Positions 23,877 through 36,000 of a stretch of 64,000 nt of DNA are shown here, piece after piece (the first letter of the stretch is position 1; every line of letters starts with the position of its first letter). The notes under the pieces were generated by a model. It was not told the origin of the DNA, made no database searches, and saw only the letters and a list, made by a program, of their open reading frames with translations. A program made the position numbers and the translations under genes. Source of the stretch: Octopus sinensis (lineage: Eukaryota); the NCBI RefSeq assembly GCF_006345805.1, contig NC_043009.1, positions 52,700,001 through 52,764,000 of the forward strand, in the 5' to 3' direction.

Positions 23877-26009
23877 CACACATTGTCTGGATGGGTCATT
23901 ACACCAGTAATAAACACATTTAATTTCACTTCTTTATTGTTTGTCAATAGGTTAAATATCCAACCAACTAATTAACCAATCGCTCATTTAATGTGTTGGT
24001 TAAGCAATCAATTTGTTTTTGTTTGTCGAATTTTTTTGTTGTCAGCGTTCGCTACCTCATCAATGAAACGACCTCTCTCTTCAAGATCTACCTCAAATCT
24101 GTCTGTGAATTAGTCTTATGCCTGTGAGTATGTATGTTTGTAGTTGTATGTAGATGTGTGGTTGCTTAGAAGAGAAGGGTGAGAGTAATCAGAGAATATG
24201 TGTGCGCTTGCAAGTGTGCGTGCTTCAGTGTGTACACTAACATGCCTGCCTGAATATGTGTTTGTGTATTTGTGAGTGCGTATGCATTGGCCATCAGTCA
24301 CTTCTTTAATGGTTCAGACTTTATATTCAAGGTCAGTTCGGTCTGAGATCGGCTGGGAATTTTGTTTTCGTCATCCTGTGAAGATTTATGGGTGAAGTTC
24401 ATTATGTGGAGAGAGAGGAGGTGGAACTTCTGAGTGATCGGACGTGGGAAGGGCATAAATTGTTAGCAACTGTAGTTTTGTTCTGTTGTTTCTTTTTGTA
24501 ACTATTTTGGAGGTCTTTTGTTATTATTACTGTTGTCGGCGATGAAATAGCCCCTGGAGGCAGTACTTCTTGTGTTGCTTTTGCTGTTGCTGCCACCATT
24601 GGTCTTACTGTTACCATAGCTTCCATTTTTGTAGCTACTATTGGTAACACTATTCATATTGTTGTGCTGATACTAGTGGAGGTCTTCCTTCAGCTGTCAC
24701 TTTCTGTAGTTGGGGACGGAAAGGCCTTGAAGGTGATCAGTGTTGTCCCAATTGTGGCATCTAGATTTTCACCCTCCACTACCAACTGCAGATGCAACCC
24801 TCCTGAGATCTTTATTAGGCTGCAGATCCAATTCTGTGTCTCGGATTTTATATGAATGAACGTCTCTACTTTCATCACAACCCAGTTACTTTATACAGCC
24901 ATGCTGGCAGGCATGAGTAACCAAAGCCTTTTTAGAAGCTTCTGAAGCACCGTTCAACTGGCTTTGGAGAGACTCCTTCCAGTCTACACCTCTTCAGCAA
25001 TATACATCAGTAAATTGACATTCTTCTATCTGTCTGCTTTAAAGAGCAGCAGTGATATTGTGAGTGTAACTTTACTACCATGTCAGTTGATGCATTTCCA
25101 TGCTTGTTCTAGATGTTGGTGTTTTCATCTAACAGGACTAAAACGTTTAAGCAACACCTGCAAACGAGTTGCTTTTTACACTGCTTTCATTGCTGTTGTT
25201 GGGATTGAAAATAGCAGCTATAAGGGAACAAACTTGGTGGACACCTTAAAATAATGGGAAAAGAACATAAAAAGAAACAGCTAGCAAGTAAATCAATCAT
25301 CTTATTAATGTTTGGTGAACAATGATGAATAATAATTCAATGACGAAAGTGTATCAGTTGAACAGGGACTTGTTAACAATAGAAAGTAAATGTTCTTTTG
25401 CATGAAGAACTATTTAGATTACCATATTTGATGGCGTATATTACACACTATTTTACCATAAAAATGTCTCAGGATATCACCTCAGATGATGTTGGGATGT
25501 ATCAAATATTCCTGAGTGTCTTTTATGCCATTAAATAATTACTAAGTAATATTTGAGAGAAAATGTGGAGTTGCGTGGCATAGTGGTTAAGGTGGTACTC
25601 ATGATCTTAAGATTGTGGTTCTGATTCCTGGACCAGGTGATGCAGAGTGCTTTTGAGCAATAACACTTCATTTCATGTTCCTCCAGTCCACACAGTTGGC
25701 AAAAATGAGTAATCCTATGACAGATCAGCGTCCCATACAGGGAGGAATATATATATATATATATATGCTAGAGAAACCAGGAAATTATCTCTGTACTCCT
25801 TACAGAGTAATGTACACTAACCGACTGTGGGAAAGACAATCACCAGATTATGGTGACGAATCGATTGTATCTGCAAGTACTGAAGGGAGGATATGGTGAA
25901 TAAAAACAGTTACTTCATGGGATAGCAATATCCAGTGATAAAAAGTAGAATCCTTTTGAAGAGTTAAATCAACTGAATCAACCCTATTATAGTTGACTTG
26001 TTGACTGCC

Positions 26010-26150
26010 ATGACACTGCATCCTTTAAGGCCCTCATGCTTTCCGAAATCTGCCGAAACTACACCTGATTATACATACACTTTAGATGAGTTGTAGTGCA
26101 CCTGAGCACTGTACACAATGTTTTTATTATTATTATTATTTATTATTATT
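26010..26150 (+). mobile_element. CR1-like LINE 3' end with (ATT)n tail
   Basis: Near-identical to the reverse complement of 33080-33210. Confidence 0.8.
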
Positions 26151-26719
26151 TTAATAATGCAGAATCCTTAACCCTTAACAACTCTAGTGGGACATCAAAA
26201 AAGATCAGAGGGACAAGGCAATGTTAAGTCCAATGGCCTTTTATTTCAGCCAACTCATTACTGAAATAATAAGGGTTTGGGATTTAGATACAGTTCTATT
26301 GGCCAGATTTCCACCCAGTCATCATCATCATTTAAAATCTGTTTTTCAGGTTGGCATGGGTTGGACGGTTTGACAAGAACTGGCAAGCCAGAGGGCACCA
26401 CCAGGCACTATTTCTCCATTTTGGCATGGTTTTTAAAGCTGGATACTCTTCTGAATGCCAACCACTTTACAGAGTATACACAGTACTCTTTACATAGCAC
26501 CGGTACTTCATACATGGCACCAGCACAAGTGCTTTATATGTGACACCAGCATGGGTGTTTCAGCATGGGTCCTCAAACACAAATCAGTTTTGCTAAGCAA
26601 CTTGATCCATCACCCCAACTTTCATTTCATGAATAGGATCCAATCCTATGTCCTTCAGATGATGTAAATATCTGATATAAATATCAGAAATATCTGAAAT
26701 AAATTTCAGATAACGTTTC

Positions 26720-26880
26720 CCATGCTTGCTGGTACCATGCAAGGTACCATGAAGGAGGTCCCAGAGCACAGGTTTTGATACATCTTCCTGGAGCCGCATA
26801 CAATGACCTGATATGCAGAGACATCATTCTCTAATCTTGTTAGTCACTTTTGGAAGGCTTCCGCAGACACATTCATTGGT
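26720..26880 (-). mobile_element. Decayed LINE RT C-terminal fragment (RTE-like)
   Basis: ISGHCMRLQEDVSKPVLWDLLHG resembles the AGHC.R...S..LLW...HG motif. Confidence 0.45.
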
Positions 26881-27528
26881 TATGTGCTATGTGCTGTTGC
26901 CATTTCACATCCAGGGCCATTTAGGTACAAGGCCAGCAATTCTAAGGAGAGTGGGGAGCAACCAATACCACCAACCCCAGAATGACTGGTATTTTATTTC
27001 ACCAAACCTGAAAATATGAAGGACAAAGTTGGCCTTGGTAGGATTTGAAATACTGCAGAGAATTTTCTCTAACATGCAAATGATTCGGCCACAATATTGT
27101 TGAAACAGTAAAATCAAAAAATAGAGAGAGAAAAAGTGATTAGAAATGAAATTTTAAAAAGAAAAAAGCAGACAAATATTTTTTTTTATCTCATTGTTTG
27201 TTATTCAGGGTTGAAATTCGAAAAAAAAAAAAAAAAAAACTGAAATATCACATTGTATACGATAATACGATATATATATATATAACCAAATCTATATACA
27301 TTTAATATATACATATACATATATATATACATAAAATATATATATATATACATACATGCAAACCTAATATACATATTAATACACAAACGAAAGTTGTTGA
27401 CGAAAAATTTTTTGTTTAAAAAAATTTCAAAGGGAGTAAAAATATAAATACATGAAAAAAAAATGTATGCGTGTGTGTGAATACTTATATATATACATAC
27501 ATATATATCTATATATATATATATAATG

Positions 27529-27565
<37 letters not shown>

Positions 27566-28339
27566 CAAGAAAGGTGATAGAGAGGTGGGGTGATAGAGAA
27601 CAGTGAACAAATGCACTCATGAAATATATTCACATTTCATACATAACAGAAGTATATATTTTTTTTTCAAGTGTAAGTATATATCTCTCTCTCTCTTTCT
27701 CTCTCCCTCTCACACACATATTGCAGTAGGTAATTATGTGAGTGTACAACAGTCTATATGCATATATGTGTGTGTGTGTATACATATATATTTATATATA
27801 TATATGTACTCACACACCCACAAACACATACATTTATAGTAAGTATATTACATAAATTTGTGTGTGAGTGTGATTATTTACCTTTTGTTTTGTTTTGTTT
27901 TTTGGTGTGTTTTTTTTTTTTACATTTTGCACTTAACCAATTTTGTGACAGAAGAATAGCCACTATCATTGGAAACAACACCACCAGCACTCAGACACCT
28001 CTCACACCAGTGTGTGCCTGTGGGTGCTTCTGTGAGTGTGTGTGTGTGTGTGTATAGTCATATCAAGTTTATAGAGCTTACTTTTACTTTTTTTTTTTTT
28101 ATCAACTCATCACCCACCAGCTGCAACAGACAAAAACAGAAAGTACAATTCCTACACCACCAAAACTTCACTCCAGCAACCTAGCCTAACCCTGCTTCCC
28201 TTTGGAAGGTCTTGAATTCAGAAATGAGGGGCACAAAACAAATCATACACACTTTTTTTCTTTTACCTCAGTTGCTTACACCACACATATATGTAGGTGT
28301 ATATGTATTGGCGTATGTATATATATATATATATATATT

Positions 28340-28401
<62 letters not shown>

Positions 28402-29612
28402 TGAGCATCTAATCTCATTTATTTATTTATTATTCAAAAACTTCAGTCTCACGAGGCAGATGGTGTAGCAACCTCCAAACCATCACACACACATCCATGT
28501 CCCTCCTCTACTCAAGATTGCTTTCAACCTCTGGTGGTGGGGGTAAACTGACAGCAGATGACCTCCAGGAAGGCTAATGTGAGATACACACACATGCACA
28601 CACACACACACGCACACACACACACACACATGCGCACAATAATTTCATAATCAAGACTTCAAGTTTTGCCTTTTTTTGATTTTGGTTTTTATTTTTTTTG
28701 GTTTTGCTTTCATTTTTAAAACAAGCTGTTTCATATCCCACCATGGGGCTACTGACAACGTCAACCTATAAAGAGGAAGGTCAGAGTGAAGGGTGTGGGG
28801 GGGAGATTAAAATAGAAGAAAAAAATGTCTTTCAAATAAATAATGAAGTATTAAAAAAATGTCAATTATACATTTTTCCTCTAACACTTGTAGCCTCTCC
28901 CTAAACTCCTCTCAGTTCCCTATCCCTTCTCTCCTTTTAACCCTTTCTCCTCTCCCTAATACCCTGTCCTCTCACTATGCCCCTCTCCCTATTTCTTCCA
29001 CTGATTAATTTTAAAAAATGTTCAATAAGTTGAAACCCAAATTATGCAGTTTCAGTTAAGCAAGAAAAAAAATGAACAAAACATAAATAACAAAATAAAA
29101 ATCAGTTCACAGCTGCATCACTGCACACTGCACACTTCAATGACATCGCATTGTTATTATTTTTAATTTTAGCAAAAAAGTCAGCAACGTTCAGGGGAAG
29201 GGGCAGTGGTCAGTTGACACCTCCAACCATCCCCCCACAACACCCAAGTATTTGACTGGTATCTTATTTTCATTAACCCTGAAAGGACGAACAGCAAAAT
29301 TGACTGTAAAGGGATTCGAATGCAGAACATAAAAAAACTAGAATAAGCACCACAAGGTATTATTTTTCTGATGCTCAATCAAATCACCATAGTAACAATA
29401 ATAATTGTTTCTAACTTAGGTACAAGACCAGCAATTCGATAAGTCAATAGCACCAGCCCCAGTTTTTGACTGGTACTTTATTTTATTGATACTGGAAAGG
29501 CAAAGTTGACCCTGGCTGGATTTGAACTCAAAAAGTAAAGAGCCGCAACAAAAACCACTAGGTACTTTTGTTCCAACACTAATGATCCAGCCATCTCGCT
29601 GCCTTAATAACA

Positions 29613-29661
<49 letters not shown>

Positions 29662-30960
29662 TAATGGTTTGTGATTTTGGCACAAAGCCAGGAATTTTTA
29701 TGGGAAAGGGTTGGTTGAATCCATCAACCCCAACAACAGTAAATGACTGGTGCTTTATTTTATCAGCCCTGGTGGTGGGGCAAAGTAGTTAGCTCTGGCA
29801 GAAATTGAACTGGAGTCAGAACAAATACCTCCCCCCCCCCAATTTTTTTTTCTTTTCTCATCACTCCACAAATTCTCCCGACTCACTAGCATCTAACAAC
29901 AGTAATATTAATAGCAACAACAATAATAATAATAATATTATTATTAATGATAATAATAATAATTCTTTCAAACTTTGGCACAAGGCCAGCAACTTTAACA
30001 GAGGGAGTAAGTTGATTATACTGATCCCAGTGTTCAACTGGTACTTATTTTATCATCCCAGAATGGTTAAAAGGGACAATAGACCTCAGGCAATAAAAGC
30101 CAGAAGAAATGCCCCTGAATATTTTGTCCAACGTGTTAACAATTCCGGCAGCTCGTAACCTTAATAACAATAAATAATCTCTATTATAGTCACAAGTGCA
30201 GATAATTTAGTGGGGAAGAGGGATATAATTGATCCCAATGGCCTCCCTCACTTAACCTTCTTCTACTTTAGAATTTGCTTGCAGCTTATAAATGAGAAGA
30301 ATAAACTACAAAAGCTGACTCCGGCAGGAGGATTAGAACTCAAAACCTACAAGAAAGTAACTAAATATAGAAATTGGTTAATTAGTCTCTGCCACTAACA
30401 ATTGCACCAATCACCTACCAGTAATAATGATGATAATAATAATAATAATAATAAGTCACCATGTCATGCACATATGGTTGTGATGCACGTGCCTGGTGTA
30501 CCCTTATCAGACGGGTAGTCACAATGGGTATACTGGGCTTCGTATGTTTTACCCCAGTGTCACTTTGATGGCATGCACTGCTCTTTCACTCAATAATAAT
30601 AATAATAATAATGATTTCTATCATAAGCACAGAACCTGAAACTTTAGGAGGAGGGGACAGTTGAATTTGTAGCCTCAGAAGAATGAAAGACAACAGAGAC
30701 CTCGACAGGATTTGAACTCAAAAAGTCAAGTGGTGTCACTAAATACCACACTGCAATTTGCCCGGGGCTCTAACAACTGTTTTGATGATGTTATATAGAA
30801 AGAGTGTGGCATTGCAATATGAGTGGAGCCGAGTGGAAGGAAAAGAGAGAGGGGGGGATGGAGGGATGATGAGGGAGAGGGGTTATTACACAGCTAAGTT
30901 GCACAGAGGTGGTGGTGTTGGGTGGTGGTGTTCGTGTTGTGGCTGGTCAGGTGAAGGTTT

Positions 30961-31076
30961 TCAAAATGTATGAGCGTTCCGACAGACACCGCAGCCAAGA
31001 GCAAATTCTTCCCCTGTTGGCGGATGTTGGACATTTAAAGGACACTCATCTGCCTCCATTGCTTGAGCTTTGGGAC
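30961..31076 (-). CDS. MYCBP2: MYCBP2 terminal coding exon: [38 protein letters not shown]
   Basis: Acceptor GTTGCAG|GT; TGA at 30963-30961; C-terminus matches PHR proteins. Confidence 0.97.
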
Positions 31077-33053
31077 CTGCAACGATAGAGAAAAAAGAAA
31101 AAGGTCAGGGTAGGAGAAATGGTAGCAAAACACGAGGGTTAGGGGAGTGATGATTTGGGTGGTGGCTGTAGTGGTGGTGAAGGCTACAGCGGTGCTGATT
31201 GTAGTAGTAGTGGTGGTTGTAGTGGTGATGGCAGTGGTTGTGGTGGTGATGATACTTGTCGCAACTTCGTCATGCTGTTGCTGATGTTGTTGTTGTTGTT
31301 AAGCAACAAGACAGGTAAGGGTGATTAGGTGATGGTCTAGGGCTTAGGGGCAGGAGGCCCCAGACCTTGGAAAAAAAAAACTATGGTCGTCTTGTTGTAG
31401 TCGAGGGCTCTTCGTTGACGCCCGACACCACTGGGAGGTGGTGGCCCTCGAAGTCGCTGGAAATGGGGATCTCCAAGTCCAAATTCTTGAACGGCTGCTG
31501 TTGCTGATGATTAAAGTGGTTGAGATGATGGTGGATGTGATGATGGTGGTGGTGGTGATAATCATGGTGGTTGTGATGGTTATGGCGGTGGTGGTGATTC
31601 TGATAGTGGTAAGAATGATAATGCTGAGACTAATAGCAAATACAAAAATTTAATGAAACATAAAACAATATATGTAGTAGTAGTAAAAATAGTGGTGGTG
31701 GCGGTGGTGGTGGTGGTGGTAGTACTGTAGTTTAACCTACCAGCAGGACATCTTGGTAAATCAGCTTTTGGAATGTTGGTAACTCTTTGGAAATCATCGT
31801 GACAGGTATTGCAGAAATGAGTCGTTCCAAAACAGAAAAATACAGCAACAGAACAGCAATATCGACATTTGTATTCTAGAAAATCAGTTCCATGTTTCGG
31901 ACATAGCTGAAAAGAAGGAATAGAGAGATGGGGGGTGAGTGGTAATGGTGGTGGTGGTGGTGGTGGTGGTGGTGAGTGTATAAACAGCAGAATGGGTGGT
32001 AGTAATATTTGGTTTCAAATTTTGGCACATGGCCAGCAATTTTAGGGGTGGGGTTAAGTAGATAACATCGACCCCAGTGATCAACCGGTACTTATTTCAT
32101 CAAATCTGAAAGGATGAAAGGCTAAGTTGACCTCGGCAGAATCTGCACTCAAAACGTAAAGACAGGTGAAATTCTGCTAAGCACTCTACCTGACAGATAG
32201 TAGTAATATTGACAGTAATAAATGTAGTGGAAGTGGTGGTGGATGTGGTTGTTGTGTCAGTGGTTGTATAAATAGTAGTAGTGGTGATAGCAATAACAGT
32301 GGTATACAGCTAGTGTATAACAGTATATAGTAGGGACATCAGAAAGGTCAGCATCAGTACCTTTCTATAGATTCTCCTCCTTTAAAAGCTGTTTGGTGGA
32401 TTGATGTTTAGCCCCACCCAGGTCAGCTCTGATGAAACAGGAGTATGGTTTAAGATATTCCAAGCATGGCCATTCTGTCTTTTAATCAAACAGAGCATTC
32501 AGAACTAAGAACAGCAGGCTGTGACTTATTTTATGGGTGAGTGAAACAAAGAGGAAGAAGAACAGCATCCATGGCCCTTTTTCAGGGGTATCTGAGAATG
32601 AAGGGAGGAAAGAAGTTTTTCTTGAGGAATAATTTAACTGCTAGTGCCAGGAAGTTAAGAAGTTGAGCAACTGCCCAGAGGCTCTATAACTGATTAATTC
32701 AACAGCTGTTTTAGTAGAATTTAAGTATAAAACAAGAACAAACATAATTATAAAAAGGACCCACCTGAGCTCTGGACACATCTGAACAGGCCCCACACAC
32801 CAGTTCTGTGGGGTCGTAGTCATCAACAGCACCAGCTTGTTCATCACAGCGTGCTTCTCCACCATAGTAAGCCTGAGATATAGCAAAAAAAAAAGCCATC
32901 AATATTTACATTATATACATCTATAATAATAAATGGCAAGTTTGTGAATTTGTTACACATACATACATGCATGCATATGTGTGTGTGTGTGTGTGTGTGT
33001 ATTTGCAAGCTTATACGAAGTCAATGTTGTGGATGAGACACTGGAAGCTTAAC

Positions 33054-33086
<33 letters not shown>

Positions 33087-36000
33087 TGTGTACAGTGCTC
33101 AGGTGCACTACAACTCATCTAAAGTGTATATATAATCAGGTGTAGTTTCGGCGGATTTCGGAAAGCATGAGGGCCTTAAATGATGCAGTGTCATGGCAGT
33201 CAACAACTGACGCAGGCAGTTTATTCCATGCTTCAGCAACTCTGAGCGTGAAAAAATGTTTCCGAAAGTCATGGGAGCTGTGTTGTTTTCTGACTTTGTA
33301 GGCATGTCCACGTGTGTTGGACACATGGAGATCAAAAAGGTGTTCAGTATTGTTGTTGGTGAGGTGGTTGATAACTTTGTGGGTGTTTACCAAGTCCGTC
33401 GCCAGACGCCGGAGCTTAAGTGAATCCATGTCCAGGGAAACAAGGCGCTCAGAATATGGTAGGTGTCTGATGGAGGGTATGCGTTTGGTTATAATAAAAA
33501 AACAGACACAGGAAATAAAACTTAGTGAAAACTACCAGCAACTGTAAATGAGAATGGAAAATTACAAATAATATTGTGGTTGAAATAACATACTTAGAAA
33601 TAAAATCCACACTGGTCTTTGTTTCAGAGACAAGGGACAATAACCAACATGTTTCAGTCTTAGTCTGGCTTCATCAGCATTAACAGTTTTTTGTCTTTTC
33701 CCTTTTTCTTTTTCACCTGGTAATCCCAATAACCTTATTGACTAGATCCAGGTAGAGATTAACCAAGGAAACATATATAGAAGAGAAAATGTTATTGGAC
33801 TTACCTTGCCACATTTATAACATACGTAGTAGGCATAGCGTTCCATAGCAAAGCTGGCTGGATCATTGAAATAACGAGCACCTGGAGTTGTAATAGCTTC
33901 AGCTTTGTGTAATCCTTCATATTCGAGCCTCATCAAGGCTTTCCGCCGCACATCTTCATAAAGTTCTCGGATTGGTGCCAGCAGATCTTTCAACACAGGA
34001 TGGTTGATTGTATCCTATAGTGGAGAGGAAAAGATTCAGTTAAAAGTAAAAATTAAAGCCATAAAGTGGCTGATTGGTAGATTAATGTATTTGGTTGATG
34101 GTAAATATCAATACAGGTCAGGTGAAAAATATAGGAGTGACGATAAGTGGCAGCACAGGAAAGGTGGAAATTAGTAGTATAAGCTAGTAGGTAGATAAGA
34201 AAATAGGAAGATGATGCGTGAGGTGGGAGAGTGGAGAGGACAAGAAAGAGAGAGAGATGTACAGTGATGGAGAAGAATGTCAGAGGTTTGTAGGGGTGGC
34301 TTTAGTGAGTAGCAAATATGAAAGGATGTAGGGACTGATAGCAAATGATATGAGATGAAAAAAATATTTCTTTTTTCCTATATTTGCTGGGATAGGATAG
34401 TGTATTTGTCATTGTTGTTTAGCCCCAGGACATCTCGGCCTAACAGAACTTAAGGAATGGAGTACTTGTTGTTTAAACAGTTAGAAGATAGTTATACAGA
34501 AAGTAAAAACAACTCCTACTTAACCAGCGAGTGAAGTTACTTTTTTTTCAATGACACAGTTATTGCACTGATCCATGTCTGTCGGACTGAGTTACTTACT
34601 TTGCAAATAGGACACAGTGAGAATCCAAATGTGATTCGTGGTCCAACCCACTTTCGGATGAGGACGTTCTTCGTACAGTGCAAGTGGAATACGTGAGCAC
34701 ATTTTAACTGTAATGATAAGAGAATGTAGGAATAAGAGATTAACAGCAACTGAAAAAACATTAAGACAAAAAGAAAACAATATATCAATCATTTAGTGTC
34801 TGCTTTCCATGCTGGCATGGGTTAGAAGGTTTAACTGGAACGGATAAGCCAGAGAGCTGCACCAAGTTCCAGTTTGATTTTGCATAGTTTCTGCTGTTGG
34901 ATGCACTTCTTAACACCAACCACTCCAAGAGTGTAATGGGTGCTTTTTTACATTCCACCAACAAGGGTGCTTTTATGTGCCACCAGCACAGGTGCCACTT
35001 ATGTGACTGGCATCATCCACGACTATGATCTCACTTGGCTTGATGAGTTTTCTCAAGCACAGCATTATCCCCAGAGGTCTCAGTCACTTGTCATCACCTC
35101 CGTGTGGTTAATCAGTTGCTAGAAGTAATTACTAGTTTTCATGATCAATAAATAACCATCAATAAGTGAACAGTTTCAAACATTACTGATTGGATTTTAT
35201 TCATGACACCAGTACAATAATAGTTTTTTTACCCTTTGCAAACAAACCTATACACAAAGTACAGTTGGATTGCAAGGAGTCTAAAAGAATTATATATGTA
35301 ATTGATGCAGGGCAATATTTATGTGTATAAAGAATAATCAAAAATTCTAAGTGGAAGATGCCACCTGAAGATGACATAGGAAGAAGGTAGAAGAGTAGAT
35401 ATATATATCTGTATATGTATATCATCACCATGAAACATCATCAATTAACCTCTGCTTTCCATGCTGGTATGGGCTGGACAGTTTGACTGAGGACAGGTAA
35501 GCCAGTAGGTTTCACGAGGCTCCAATCTGATCTGGCAAGATTTCTACAGCTGGATGCCCTTCCAAATGCCAACCACTCAGAGAGTGTAGTGGGTGCTTTT
35601 TACATGCCACCAGCATGGGAGCCAGTCAGGGGGTACTGGCATCAACCATGTTCAGATGGTGCTTTTTACATGCCACCAGCACAGGGAGCCAGTCAGCAGG
35701 CACTAGTATCGACCCACGCTCAAATGGTGCTTATTATGTACTATCAGCATGGGTACCAGTCAGGTAGCACTGGCCTTGACTGCGATGTATATATTTGTTC
35801 AAACACTGTTTGGCTATCAGAGACATAAAATCCAATTTGAACTTTCAGCTTTATAAATATATTTTGATATTCTACTTTCTGTATTGGAAAAATTTTTGCT
35901 TCTCTCCTTCTTGTCTAATACAAAAGTCTTTGCATTTAAAGTGCTTACATACACACATACAAACTGTTATATAACTATATTTGCTGTAAATTACAGGCAA

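Noticed and set aside
27130-30960. MYCBP2 3' UTR and polyadenylation site
   Set aside because: Several AATAAA-like hexamers occur, many inside SINEs; the transcript end cannot be placed without RNA data.
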